The notes: generated from the sequence alone by a model not told the origin. Shown: positions 36,137-45,987, counted from the stretch's first letter. The stretch: 64,000 bases of DNA from Bacteroidales bacterium (GCA_038320545.1 JBBQEI010000001.1:4213-68212); one strand, 5' to 3'. Translations and numbers: made by a program.

Positions 36137-37279
36137 ATGAAAGGTTTGATATTGTGTTTTATTTTATTCATCAATCATTTCAACCTCTTTAGCCAAAATG
36201 AATTTGACATTCAGCCAATAAAAGTTTTAAACAAACATACAGGAGGAGTAACGGCTTTGGCATATAGTCCTGATGGGAAAACCCTCATTACAGGCAGTGA
36301 AGATAAAACTATTCTGATATGGAATACATCAACCTGGGAATGTTCCAAACCGTTAACTGGGCATACAAACGCTGTAAATTCCATTAGTTTTCTATCATCC
36401 GGTACACGGTTTTATTCAGGTGGCGATTATTTTGCGCGTTCATGGAATCTGAAGGGCGAGCTGTTAGATGCTCAAAGAGGCCCTACAACTTATATCTGGT
36501 CGGTTGCAGTTAAGCCCGACAGTTCACAATGGGTGGCAGGTTCTTTTGAAAAAAACATCAGGATGTTCGATTATAAATCCGGTAAATTGACCAATCTGAC
36601 CGGGCATGCCAAAAGTGCACTCAGTGTCGCATATTCACCCGATGGTAAACTTATGGCTTCTGGGTCATTAGATGAAAAGATTTTAATATGGAATGCAGAA
36701 AATTATAAAGTTGTTGATACTTTGACCGGACATGGTGGAAATATTTTTTGTGTTACATTCTCATCTGATGGCAGATATCTGGCAAGTGCATCCAATGATA
36801 ATACGATCCGTTTATGGGAGGTGAGCAGCGGAAAGCTTCTCAGGACTTTTCAGGGGCATACAGCAGGTGTGTTTAGTGTAGCTTTTAGTCCTGATGGAAC
36901 TTATTTAATTTCCGGATCAGTTGATACAAACATTATTGTATGGGAAATAAGCAACGGTGAAAAATTGGCCATAATTTCAGGGCACACGGCGGCAGTGAAC
37001 GAAGTAGCTTTTCATCCGTCAGGTAAATTCTTTGCTTCAGCTTCTTTGGATAAAACTGTGGCAATTTGGGAGATGAGCCATCAATTAATTGCTGAACACT
37101 ATTATTCTGATGAAATGGAAAACGAACGAAAATCATCTGGTCTGTTTATACCAAAAGAAAAGGATGAAATTAAAAAAGCTTATCAGAATCGTCAGCTAAA
37201 GGCGCAGGAATTCAATCAATTATTATTAGAGAAATATTATAATCAGTATCTTGCATCAATAAAAGGAATTTGGAAATAA
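36137..37279 (+). CDS. WD40-repeat protein with N-terminal signal peptide
   Basis: At least six repeats of the form GH....V..VAFSPDG..L.SGS.D..I..W. The N-terminus MKGLILCFILFINHFNLFSQ is signal-like. Confidence 0.8.
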   Translation: MKGLILCFILFINHFNLFSQNEFDIQPIKVLNKHTGGVTALAYSPDGKTLITGSEDKTILIWNTSTWECSKPLTGHTNAVNSISFLSSGTRFYSGGDYFARSWNLKGELLDAQRGPTTYIWSVAVKPDSSQWVAGSFEKNIRMFDYKSGKLTNLTGHAKSALSVAYSPDGKLMASGSLDEKILIWNAENYKVVDTLTGHGGNIFCVTFSSDGRYLASASNDNTIRLWEVSSGKLLRTFQGHTAGVFSVAFSPDGTYLISGSVDTNIIVWEISNGEKLAIISGHTAAVNEVAFHPSGKFFASASLDKTVAIWEMSHQLIAEHYYSDEMENERKSSGLFIPKEKDEIKKAYQNRQLKAQEFNQLLLEKYYNQYLASIKGIWK

Positions 37280-37287
37280 TAAAAAGT

Positions 37288-38082
37288 ATGGAAACAAAAT
37301 CTGAATTAAGACTTGCAGTGCTTATTGATGCTGATAATGTGCCTTATAACAATGTTAAAGGTATGCTCGAGGAAATTGCTAAATTGGGTACACCAACTTT
37401 TAAACGTATTTATGGCGATTGGACTAAACCTACAGTTTCAGGCTGGAAATCTGTTCTGCTTGAAAATGCCATCACCCCAATTCAGCAATATAGTTACACA
37501 TCAGGTAAAAATGCAACCGATTCGGCGATGATTATCGATGCCATGGACATTCTTTATACACAAAAAGTTGAAGGCTTTTGTATTGTAAGCAGTGATAGCG
37601 ATTTTACCCGATTAGCCACCCGATTAAGGGAGTCGGGTATGAAAGTGATTGGCATTGGTGAAAAGAAAACGCCAAATCCATTTATTGTTTCGTGCGATAA
37701 GTTTATTTATCTTGAGATACTTAAACCACAGGAAGTATCAGCCGAGACTTCAACTGAAAAGAAAAAAGGAAGCAATGTCAAAAATCCAACCCTCTCAAAA
37801 GTAGATAAGAAAACAACCGATTTAATTTCAGATTCTATAAACGATGTTGCCGATGAGACCGGTTGGGCTTTCCTGGGAGATGTAGGCAGTATGGTTATTA
37901 AGAAAAAGCCCGATTTCGATCCTCGCAATTTTGGTTTCTCAAAACTTACACCGATGCTCAAATCTCTTAAAAAATACTTCGAAGTGGATGAGCGGGAAAC
38001 TGATAAATCCAATTCGAAGCTGGTGTATATCCGAAATAAAACGAATGATAAAAATAAAAGTATCGAGGGGAAAAATGAATAA
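37288..38082 (+). CDS. NYN-domain (LabA/DUF88-like) protein with C-terminal OST-HTH/LOTUS-like domain
   Basis: LAVLIDADNV...RIYGDW...GKNATDSAMIIDAMD...FCIVSSDSDFTRLATRLRESGMKVIGIG are NYN motifs. The C-terminal GWAFLGDVGSMVIKKKPDFDPRNFGFSKLTPMLKSL is OST-HTH-like. The ATG lies 9 nt after the WD40 stop. Confidence 0.75.
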   Translation: METKSELRLAVLIDADNVPYNNVKGMLEEIAKLGTPTFKRIYGDWTKPTVSGWKSVLLENAITPIQQYSYTSGKNATDSAMIIDAMDILYTQKVEGFCIVSSDSDFTRLATRLRESGMKVIGIGEKKTPNPFIVSCDKFIYLEILKPQEVSAETSTEKKKGSNVKNPTLSKVDKKTTDLISDSINDVADETGWAFLGDVGSMVIKKKPDFDPRNFGFSKLTPMLKSLKKYFEVDERETDKSNSKLVYIRNKTNDKNKSIEGKNE

Positions 38083-38261
38083 ATATGTACCTTATTCTTT
38101 ATCATACTGGATGTAGGATATTCATATTTTACCCGATTGTCCAACTGACCATATTATTGAATGTCAGGCAAATTATGAGACAAGGGATTATAACCCCATC
38201 GGAAGAAAAGTGACTTGGGGAAAAGTTAAGATAAAAGCTGAATGAGATTGGATGGGAAAAA

Positions 38262-38308
38262 TAAAAAAAAACGAAAAGTCTGCTAATTGACAGGCTTTTC
38301 GTTTTTTA
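38262..38308. terminator. bidirectional rho-independent terminator
   Basis: aaaaaaaaa acgaaaagtctg ctaattga caggcttttcgt ttttt, between the convergent NYN and ferredoxin genes. Confidence 0.75.
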
Positions 38309-38319
38309 TGTACTACGAT

Positions 38320-38487
38320 TTATTCGGGGTGAATTGCTTCTACCGGACAAACATCAGCACAAGCTCCGCAGTCAGTACAAATGTCAGCATCGATTTTGTA
38401 TCTATCACCTTCGGAAATTGCTTCTACAGGACATTCATTAATACAAGTGCCACATGCAGTGCAGTCTTCGTTAATTTTGTGTGCCAT
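38320..38487 (-). CDS. 2x[4Fe-4S] ferredoxin, 55 aa (below the ORF-track size cutoff)
   Basis: Hand translation of the reverse strand gives MAHKINEDCTACGTCINECPVEAISEGDRYKIDADICTDCGACADVCPVEAIHPE, with two CxxCxxCxxxCP motifs. The listed plus-strand ORF 38287..38577 is its antisense shadow. Confidence 0.85.
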   Translation of the reverse strand: MAHKINEDCTACGTCINECPVEAISEGDRYKIDADICTDCGACADVCPVEAIHPE

Positions 38488-38518
38488 TTTTGTAAAATTT
38501 TAGGTATAATTTTACTCG

Positions 38519-38526
38519 CAAAATTA
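38519..38526 (-). promoter_or_regulatory. candidate Bacteroidota -7 promoter box (TAATTTTG) for the ferredoxin gene
   Basis: The reverse strand reads TAATTTTG, matching the TAnnTTTG consensus, about 32 nt upstream of the ATG. No clear -33 TTTG. Confidence 0.3.
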
Positions 38527-38706
38527 TTTCAATTTTTGAATCCTAAAAGTTTTTTTTCCATACTGAAGCTAATTTGAAAGTAGTATAAATAAGGTTACAC
38601 GTGTTTAGTTATTGGTTCAGTGTTCCGTATTGCAAGTTTTGAATTTTTGTTTACAAAATTGTAAACCTTGCAAGGACTCAGCCTGCCAACGAATTAAAAG
38701 TTTTGG

Positions 38707-39903
38707 TTACAGGTCAGGGGTTTTCAAAAAACAAATACTTAACCAGGTCATTAATCCGATTCCGGTTTTTAGGGCTTCTTCGTCCATGTCAAATTTTGAA
38801 GAGTGGAGTGGGGCAGAAATTTCTCCTTTCTTATTTACCCCCAGCCGGTAAAAAGTGCAGGGATACAATTGGGTAAAATATGCGAAGTCTTCAGCTGTCA
38901 TCCTGATATTCAAATCAATTACCTTATCATTTCCAAGATATTGTTTGGCAAGGTTTGAAGCATCGAGTGTTGTTTTCTCATCATTTACAAGAACAGGATA
39001 TCCTTTCTCAATACGAAAATCGCATTCGCAACCCATACCTTCCATTAATCCTTTAGCCAGGTTTATCATTTTCTCATGGGCCGATTTTCGCCAGTTTTCA
39101 TCCATGGTGCGGAAGGTTCCTTCCATATATACCTCGCCGGGAATAACATTTGTTGCTCCATTAGCTATCACTTTTCCTATTGATAAAACTGAAGGAACAG
39201 AGGCTTCGGCAAAACGGCTGACTACCTGTTGTAATGCTACAATGAGATGAGCTGAGGCTAGTACGGTGTCGTTTAATTGATGCGGCATGGCTCCGTGTCC
39301 TCCTTTGCCTTTTACAGTAATAAATATTTCATCGCACGAAGCCATGTATATGCCCGGTTTAAAACCCACATATCCGGCATCCATGGTAGGAAGAACATGT
39401 TGTGCTATAATCATGTCAGGTTTTCTTTCATTAAAGATACCTGCATCAAGCATCATTTTTGCACCACCGGGAAGCTTTTCCTCTCCAGGTTGAAAAATGA
39501 GCATCACAGTACCTTCCAGTTCGTCCTGCAATTCCTTTAAAAGTTTCGCCGTTCCAAGAAGAGATGATGTATGGACATCGTGTCCGCATGCATGCATAAC
39601 ACCCGGATTTTTCGATTTATATGGAAGGTCATTTTCTTCATTCACAGGTAAGGCATCCATATCGGCTCTTAGAACTAATAATTTGCTATCAGGGTTTTTG
39701 CCTTTTATATAAGCCACCACTCCTGTTGATACAATATTATTCCTGTGCTCTATTCCCCATTCCTTAAGCTTGCTGCATATAAAAGCGGATGTTGAATATT
39801 CCTCGAACGAGAGCTCGGGATTTTGATGTAAATGGCGACGAATTTCTATTATTTCGGGGAAAATTTGTTCGGCTAGCTGATAAATCTTTTTGTTTAAATT
39901 CAT
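38707..39903 (-). CDS. M20D-family amidohydrolase (N-acyl-L-amino-acid amidohydrolase-like)
   Basis: RRHLHQNPELSFEE, LRADMDALP, HACGHD, FQPGEE and GGHGA.P are M20D blocks. Confidence 0.8.
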   Translation of the reverse strand: MNLNKKIYQLAEQIFPEIIEIRRHLHQNPELSFEEYSTSAFICSKLKEWGIEHRNNIVSTGVVAYIKGKNPDSKLLVLRADMDALPVNEENDLPYKSKNPGVMHACGHDVHTSSLLGTAKLLKELQDELEGTVMLIFQPGEEKLPGGAKMMLDAGIFNERKPDMIIAQHVLPTMDAGYVGFKPGIYMASCDEIFITVKGKGGHGAMPHQLNDTVLASAHLIVALQQVVSRFAEASVPSVLSIGKVIANGATNVIPGEVYMEGTFRTMDENWRKSAHEKMINLAKGLMEGMGCECDFRIEKGYPVLVNDEKTTLDASNLAKQYLGNDKVIDLNIRMTAEDFAYFTQLYPCTFYRLGVNKKGEISAPLHSSKFDMDEEALKTGIGLMTWLSICFLKTPDL

Positions 39904-39955
39904 AATGTCTGTTTATTCTGTTATAAAGTAACTGCTTACATCATTTATATATGCA

Positions 39956-40324
39956 TTACTTTCCCAACAACATTTTTATACTCATGAGTGCAAGAAAAAT
40001 TCCAAATATTTTTTTAAGTATTTTTTCGGGGATTTGAACCGCAAATTTAGAACTAAAATAACTTCCGATAATAAAAGCGATTACTATGATTAATACAAAT
40101 TTTACATTCACATATCCCGACTTATAATAATTGAATGCTGAGATTACAAAAACGGGCAATGTCATAACTCCTAAACTGGTTCCCTGAGCCTGATATTGGT
40201 TTAGGCCCAGAAAAAATGTCAGCATGGGTATGATTATGATTGCGCCACCGACTCCTAAAGTACCACTTACCAATCCTGCCAAAATTCCGGTAACCAACAA
40301 AAGTAAAAGTTCACTAATAGTCAT
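39956..40324 (-). CDS. half-size TauE/SafE (DUF81) family membrane protein
   Basis: 122 aa with 4 TM spans. The LGVGGAIIIIPML motif is typical of TauE/SafE. Confidence 0.6.
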   Translation of the reverse strand: MTISELLLLLVTGILAGLVSGTLGVGGAIIIIPMLTFFLGLNQYQAQGTSLGVMTLPVFVISAFNYYKSGYVNVKFVLIIVIAFIIGSYFSSKFAVQIPEKILKKIFGIFLALMSIKMLLGK

Positions 40325-40333
40325 ATGTTATCT

Positions 40334-43300
40334 TTAAAAATCAGTGCTTAACGAAAAGTAGAAAATTCTTGGAAGGATTACGTTTCTTTCAACACCCCAT
40401 GCCCAGTCAAAACGCATAAAATAGCCCAGTACCTGAGCTCTCAATCCACCTCCGAATCCATATACTATTGGAGTTCTGTTACTTTCTATATATAACTTCA
40501 CTTTGCCTCTCTGTATTACATCATATTCGTATGCATTTCCACCCGAAAATGGAGTTAATCCTGTCCATGCGCTGCCAACATCAAAAAATCCGACGGCTTG
40601 TAAGCTACTCCAGAAATTAGAACCGGAAGGATATCTTGAAAAATATTTGATAAATGGCCAACGAATTTCACTATTGATTACAGCAAAGTTATTCCCGTTT
40701 CTGATATTTTGTGTAAATCCCCGCAGATTGGTAGCAACGGTCTGGTATGCATATTTTTGCTGATCGTCAATACGTACAGAATTATCGAAGGTACTTACTT
40801 TTGAAGAAAAATTCATCCAGTTATCTACACTACCCAGATAATATATCAAACGGCTTCCTCCAAAAGATGTTGATCCCGCAAGCCGGTTAGCCCAAATGAG
40901 ATTGCGGTGAATTACAAGGTAATGTCTGTAATCCGCACCTAAAACAAATAAATCTGACTTGCCTCTGTTAATTTGTTTATATGCTTCGCCAAAAATTTTA
41001 TATCGTGTTCCACTGTAAATATTTATGCCTAATGGACGGGTATTATCGAAAATAAGTTCGAGTTTAACCCCCGCCCATACATTATTAAAATTATCTTTTT
41101 CAAGTGAAGTGGTTTCGGTAGAAAGGTAAACATTCCTGTCGTGACGGAAAGAGGCTGTTCCACGAACACTAAAAACTTGGGAAAATGGATATTTCAATAC
41201 ATAATATACTTCCTGAGTGGTTGTTTTAATTAAATAATTGGTGGGAGTTACACTCTGAAACGATTGCCTGTGATATACGTATTCTTTATCCCACCTTTTC
41301 TTTAAATTTTCAATACTTAATAAATATTCATTACTTTCAAAATCAAAGGATAACCTAACTCCTCCTACAATTTTATAATCTTCGAAAAGATCGTTTGTGC
41401 CCAATTTAAATAATCCGTTAAACCCCGGATTATAATATACCTGCGAACCATTAAAGGCTTGATAAGATGCATTTAAGAAATTGAAATCGGCCTGGCTAAC
41501 AATGTAATTAATATAAAAGGATGTTTGATATATCCGCTGTTTTGGTTGAGGTTTTTCAACTGTTGAATCCCTTAATGGATTATTTACGCCAAAGTTACCT
41601 GATGAACCATTCAGGTTTAGTTTTTCGATTTCAAAAATATATTGGTTAATATCTATCTCATTATTTGTAATTATTTTGGAGGAGTCATTCACCTGAGCTT
41701 CTTTTTTTATTTGGGGAGGGCGCACCACAACCGGATCTTTTCTAATGCTCTGAATGCTGTCTTTTTGTCTGTACTTGCTGTTTAGCTCCCTTCTATATTC
41801 TGTATCAGTAAGTTTATAAGGCAGATTTTGAAATGGTTTAAGTTTTTCCATAAACATATGAAAACGACCTTTTTTTAATGTGATATTGCCTGCATCCGAC
41901 GAATGCGAAACAATATCATGCTCCAAAAAATTACTCTCATTATTTGTTATCGGAAACGATTTAGAGAAATACCTGTAATGTATTGTTGTGTCAACATACC
42001 CCATAACGCTGTCAAAATCGGCAATATACCGGTTTATTATCCCGTTTGCATCACTCAGGTATGCATACCTGTTCTTCGAAATTTCGACAGGGTATGTATG
42101 ATTTGCAAACTTGTTTTCAGTTATTCTCGACAATACTTTTGATTTTGTTGAATAATTATAAACATATAGTGCATATGCCGGCGCTAACTCTTTAATTTCA
42201 GGAGTCTCCAGGCTCAAACTGTCGCTTGTTCTGTTAGAACTGAAAATGATTCTGCTCGAATTGTCAACAAAACGAGGATACAAATCGTCAGCCAGGTCAT
42301 TGGTTATTTGTTCATTGGTTGCCGAAGCAAGTGTGTGAACAAAAATGTCGGTTCGTCCTTCTTTTACTGCCGATAACACAAGCCTTGAACCATCACCCGA
42401 ATATGCAAAATCTAGAATTTTATCAAAATAGAGCATGTTCTTTTGAATCAGCTCTTTCGTTTCAATATTATAGAACGACAATTTCAATAAACCTTTTTCT
42501 TCTGAAATAAAAGAAAGGATTTTACCTCCCGGATGCCATGCTACAACCGGGTTAGTGTAATCGGGAATTTGATCGAGTTTGTGTTCCCGCTTATAAATTC
42601 GCTTCTTTTTATTTGTGTTTTTATTGTAAATCCAAATTTTATACTGACCTAAATCGTTGGTTACATATGCAATATTATTTCCATCAGGACTCAATTTCAA
42701 TTTTTTATATATCCTGTATTTCTTTGGCTTTGCTATTATTGGCGTTTGATCCGGAATTGAATCGCGAGCTCCGTTTTGATACTGACTTATATAATACCCG
42801 AGCCACTCATCAGTCAATTGTTTAATGGATGAACCTAAAACATAAAGAAAACCGCTTTTGGCATTTTTGTTGATTCTGGTTATATAAACTATATTAGGAA
42901 TCAGATTTGCACCATAATTTTTTTCAATAAACCTCCAGAAAGAATGACCGGCATACATGGCATCGTTACCTGCCAGCCTGTTAAAATGTTCATATTTCTT
43001 AGAGATTATACCATCTCTAATTATGTTTTCAGTTTCAATGCTCCAATCCTCCGAAATATAAGAGATTAGTCCTTTTATATACCAGGGAGGCAGATTAATT
43101 ACTGCCTGATTTGTTAGATTTTGACCAAAATCGGAGCCGTACAGCATTTCGCTTAATATAACTTCTGCAACGCCGGCACTGATTTGCTTTCTATAACTTT
43201 TACGGTCACCTTCGTAAAATAAAAAAACCTTATTTTTGACAATTTTGGTTATTCCTCCCGTGTTGTAATCGACACTGCCTGTTACCAGCCCAACATTACT

Positions 43301-43618
43301 CTGTCGGAAATCGGAAAGTTTATTGTAAATTAAAAATATTATGCGTCTTTCGAGCGTGTAATCCAGTAATTTTTCTATACGTTGTATTTCCTGATTGGCG
43401 GCCCATTCAGTATAAAGTGCCAGATCTTTTCCGTATTCATTAAAATAGGTATCGAATTTGGGATAGCGGAAATATTGCCAATAAAAAGAATTATACTGAA
43501 CCCGGTTTTTACCAAAAGTCATTTGGAGGCCGTTATAAAACTGACCATATGCAAATGCTAACTGCATTACAAATATTGGAATTAAAAGCAGCTTTTTTTT
43601 GTTCATTGCAGAAATCAA
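40334..43618 (-). CDS. large envelope protein: N-terminal domain, TolB/PD40-like beta-propeller repeats and C-terminal Omp85-like beta-barrel
   Basis: Signal peptide. PD40-like repeats (LSPDGNNIAYVTNDLGQYKIWIY, WHPGGKILSFISE, YSGDGSRLVLSAVKEGRTDIFVH, PRFVDNSSRIIFSSNRT). The C-terminus GGGLRAQVLGYFMRFDWAWG....FYFSLSTDF resembles surface-antigen barrels with a terminal Phe. Confidence 0.55.
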   Translation of the reverse strand: MISAMNKKKLLLIPIFVMQLAFAYGQFYNGLQMTFGKNRVQYNSFYWQYFRYPKFDTYFNEYGKDLALYTEWAANQEIQRIEKLLDYTLERRIIFLIYNKLSDFRQSNVGLVTGSVDYNTGGITKIVKNKVFLFYEGDRKSYRKQISAGVAEVILSEMLYGSDFGQNLTNQAVINLPPWYIKGLISYISEDWSIETENIIRDGIISKKYEHFNRLAGNDAMYAGHSFWRFIEKNYGANLIPNIVYITRINKNAKSGFLYVLGSSIKQLTDEWLGYYISQYQNGARDSIPDQTPIIAKPKKYRIYKKLKLSPDGNNIAYVTNDLGQYKIWIYNKNTNKKKRIYKREHKLDQIPDYTNPVVAWHPGGKILSFISEEKGLLKLSFYNIETKELIQKNMLYFDKILDFAYSGDGSRLVLSAVKEGRTDIFVHTLASATNEQITNDLADDLYPRFVDNSSRIIFSSNRTSDSLSLETPEIKELAPAYALYVYNYSTKSKVLSRITENKFANHTYPVEISKNRYAYLSDANGIINRYIADFDSVMGYVDTTIHYRYFSKSFPITNNESNFLEHDIVSHSSDAGNITLKKGRFHMFMEKLKPFQNLPYKLTDTEYRRELNSKYRQKDSIQSIRKDPVVVRPPQIKKEAQVNDSSKIITNNEIDINQYIFEIEKLNLNGSSGNFGVNNPLRDSTVEKPQPKQRIYQTSFYINYIVSQADFNFLNASYQAFNGSQVYYNPGFNGLFKLGTNDLFEDYKIVGGVRLSFDFESNEYLLSIENLKKRWDKEYVYHRQSFQSVTPTNYLIKTTTQEVYYVLKYPFSQVFSVRGTASFRHDRNVYLSTETTSLEKDNFNNVWAGVKLELIFDNTRPLGINIYSGTRYKIFGEAYKQINRGKSDLFVLGADYRHYLVIHRNLIWANRLAGSTSFGGSRLIYYLGSVDNWMNFSSKVSTFDNSVRIDDQQKYAYQTVATNLRGFTQNIRNGNNFAVINSEIRWPFIKYFSRYPSGSNFWSSLQAVGFFDVGSAWTGLTPFSGGNAYEYDVIQRGKVKLYIESNRTPIVYGFGGGLRAQVLGYFMRFDWAWGVERNVILPRIFYFSLSTDF

Positions 43619-43745
43619 AACATAAAACGGTTAAAGGTAGAGAATTTCTTATAATCTAATGATATATCAAAACATGAAAACCCTATATTTTGTTAAAAAA
43701 GATTAGCAAATAAGAATGAAATAAATCACTGAGGCTGAAAATTTC

Positions 43746-43753
43746 TACATTTG
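43746..43753 (+). promoter_or_regulatory. candidate Bacteroidota -7 promoter box (TACATTTG)
   Basis: Matches TAnnTTTG, 19 nt upstream of the ATG at 43772. Confidence 0.3.
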
Positions 43754-43771
43754 AACAAAATTAACACTATT

Positions 43772-44848
43772 ATGAAATTACCCATATTTTTAATTGTAAC
43801 AGTTATAATATATTTTAATGCTTATGCTCAGCAAAAAGGGCCAAATATTTCTTTTGAAGATGAATCGCATAATTTTGGGAAAATAAATGAAGTAAAAGGT
43901 TCTGTTACTTATACTTATAACTTTCGAAATACGGGCGATGAACCTTTGATAATAAAAAGTGTACAGCCTTCCTGTGGTTGTACTACCCCCGAATGGAGCA
44001 GGGAGCCTGTAGTACCTGGCGGAAAGGGTTATATCAAAGCTACATTTAATCCGGCAGGGCGTCCCGGATCTTTCAATAAAAGCATAGCAGTTATTACTAA
44101 TGGAATAACCGAATCGGTTGTTATTAGGTTTTCGGGTGAGGTTATTGGAAAAGAACTAACTACAATCGATATTTATCCATTTGCGATTGGCGATCTGCGA
44201 CTTACTTCTACCTACATTTCATTTGGAAAAGTTTCTCCTGAAAGATTGGCTAGCCGAAATATTGATGTTATTAATACTGGTACTTCATCTGTATCCTTAT
44301 CATTTCCCTCAATTCCTTCTCATATGGAAGTAATGGTAAACCCATCAACCATAAAGCCAAATCAAAAAGCTACAATTGAGTTCTCCTACGATCCTAAAAA
44401 AAAGAATGACTGGGGATTTGTAAGTGATCAGATTAGTTTTATGCTAAATGGTAAAACTGATGGTAGTTATAAATTTAATGTTTCAACACATATTGAGGAC
44501 AATTATACCAATGCTAATCCTCAGCAACTTGCAAATGCACCAAAAATGATTATTGAAAATAAAACTTTCGATTTTGGAAGAATTAAAGCTGGGACAAGCA
44601 TCGAAATTGCTTACAGATTTAAAAATGCCGGTAAAACTAATCTGGAGATTCATAAAATACTCCCTTCCTGCGGATGTACAAATATTAAAACTAAGGAGAA
44701 AACAGTAAAACCCGGATCAACCGGTGAAATAATCGGTGTATTTAATTCTGCAGGTCAAAAAGGTGTTGTAAATAAAACTATTACTGTGATTACAAACGAT
44801 CCCCAAAACCTTAACCTTGTATTCTGGGTTCGTGGAACTGTCGAATAA
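43772..44848 (+). CDS. DUF1573 domain-containing protein (two copies)
   Basis: FGKI..G......F.F.N.G...L.I..V.PSCGCT occurs twice (VQPSCGCTTPEW and ILPSCGCTNIK). Signal peptide from MKLPIFLIV. Confidence 0.75.
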   Translation: MKLPIFLIVTVIIYFNAYAQQKGPNISFEDESHNFGKINEVKGSVTYTYNFRNTGDEPLIIKSVQPSCGCTTPEWSREPVVPGGKGYIKATFNPAGRPGSFNKSIAVITNGITESVVIRFSGEVIGKELTTIDIYPFAIGDLRLTSTYISFGKVSPERLASRNIDVINTGTSSVSLSFPSIPSHMEVMVNPSTIKPNQKATIEFSYDPKKKNDWGFVSDQISFMLNGKTDGSYKFNVSTHIEDNYTNANPQQLANAPKMIIENKTFDFGRIKAGTSIEIAYRFKNAGKTNLEIHKILPSCGCTNIKTKEKTVKPGSTGEIIGVFNSAGQKGVVNKTITVITNDPQNLNLVFWVRGTVE

Positions 44849-44895
44849 TGGTAAAATGCCAAATTTAATTTTGTAGTTTTGTAGAAAATAGCTTT

Positions 44896-45987
44896 ATGTT
44901 GGATCACGAAAGTTTTAAAAGTGCATTATCAGTGAACCAGGGAGTTGAACAGCCACCTTCGGTAAACAACGATTCTGTTAAGCAATTTGTTAAAAAGAAA
45001 CGGAATAAGCTTTCTGTTCAACAATATATTGATGGAATAATTTTAGGTAACCGTACTATTTTAAGTCAGGCGATTACGCTTGTAGAAAGCAGTCTTCCGG
45101 CTCATTTACAGCTTGCTCATGAAATTGTTGAAAAGTGTCTTCCGTACTCAGGTAAATCGCTACGGATTGGAATAACCGGTGTTCCTGGTGTTGGTAAAAG
45201 CTCTTTCATCGAAACAATGGGTAAGTATCTTACTAATTCCGGACGAAAACTGGCAGTTTTGGCAATAGATCCATCGAGCGAAAAAACAAAAGGAAGCATT
45301 ATGGGCGATAAAACCCGAATGGAAGCTCTTTCTGCTGATTCTAACGCATTTATCAGGCCATCGCCTTCGGCTGGTTCTTTAGGCGGAGTTGCACGAAAAA
45401 CCCGCGAAACAATTATTCTTTGCGAGGCTGCTGGTTTTGATACAATTTTTATCGAAACAGTAGGAGTGGGACAATCGGAAACAGTTGTACATTCTATGGT
45501 CGATTTCTTTCTTCTCCTAATGTTGGCGGGTGCGGGCGACGAACTTCAGGGAATAAAAAGGGGAATTATGGAAATGGCCGATACTATTGCAATTACAAAA
45601 GCTGATGGCACAAATTTTCGCAAAGCTGAACAAGCTGCAACTGAATATAAGAATGCACTTCATCTTTTCCCGAAATCTGTTTCGGGGTGGAGCCCCAAAG
45701 TTTTGCTTTGTTCAGCTTTAGAAAATGCGGGAATTCAACAACTTTGGGATACCATTCAGGATTATACAAGAATGACAACTGAAAATAACTTCTTCCACAA
45801 CCGGCGAAGGGAGCAATCAAAATATTGGATGTACGAAACCATTAATGAAAATATCAGAAGTCATTTTTACCACCACCCGTTAATAGAGAAAGAGTTACAA
45901 GGATTTGAAGAAAAAGTATTAGAAGGCAAAATGGGTTCTTTTGGCGCAGCAAAAAAGCTTCTTCAAATGTATTACGGGAATAAATAA
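44896..45987 (+). CDS. meaB: methylmalonyl-CoA-mutase-associated G3E GTPase MeaB/ArgK
   Basis: P-loop GITGVPGVGKSSFIE, AIDPSS..TKGSI.GDKTRM, ETVGVGQSE and ITKAD are ArgK/MeaB blocks. Confidence 0.8.
   Translation: MLDHESFKSALSVNQGVEQPPSVNNDSVKQFVKKKRNKLSVQQYIDGIILGNRTILSQAITLVESSLPAHLQLAHEIVEKCLPYSGKSLRIGITGVPGVGKSSFIETMGKYLTNSGRKLAVLAIDPSSEKTKGSIMGDKTRMEALSADSNAFIRPSPSAGSLGGVARKTRETIILCEAAGFDTIFIETVGVGQSETVVHSMVDFFLLLMLAGAGDELQGIKRGIMEMADTIAITKADGTNFRKAEQAATEYKNALHLFPKSVSGWSPKVLLCSALENAGIQQLWDTIQDYTRMTTENNFFHNRRREQSKYWMYETINENIRSHFYHHPLIEKELQGFEEKVLEGKMGSFGAAKKLLQMYYGNK

Noticed and set aside
38287-38577. 96-aa plus-strand ORF in the track
   Set aside because: It is the antisense shadow of the 55-aa ferredoxin gene and runs through the ferredoxin promoter region.
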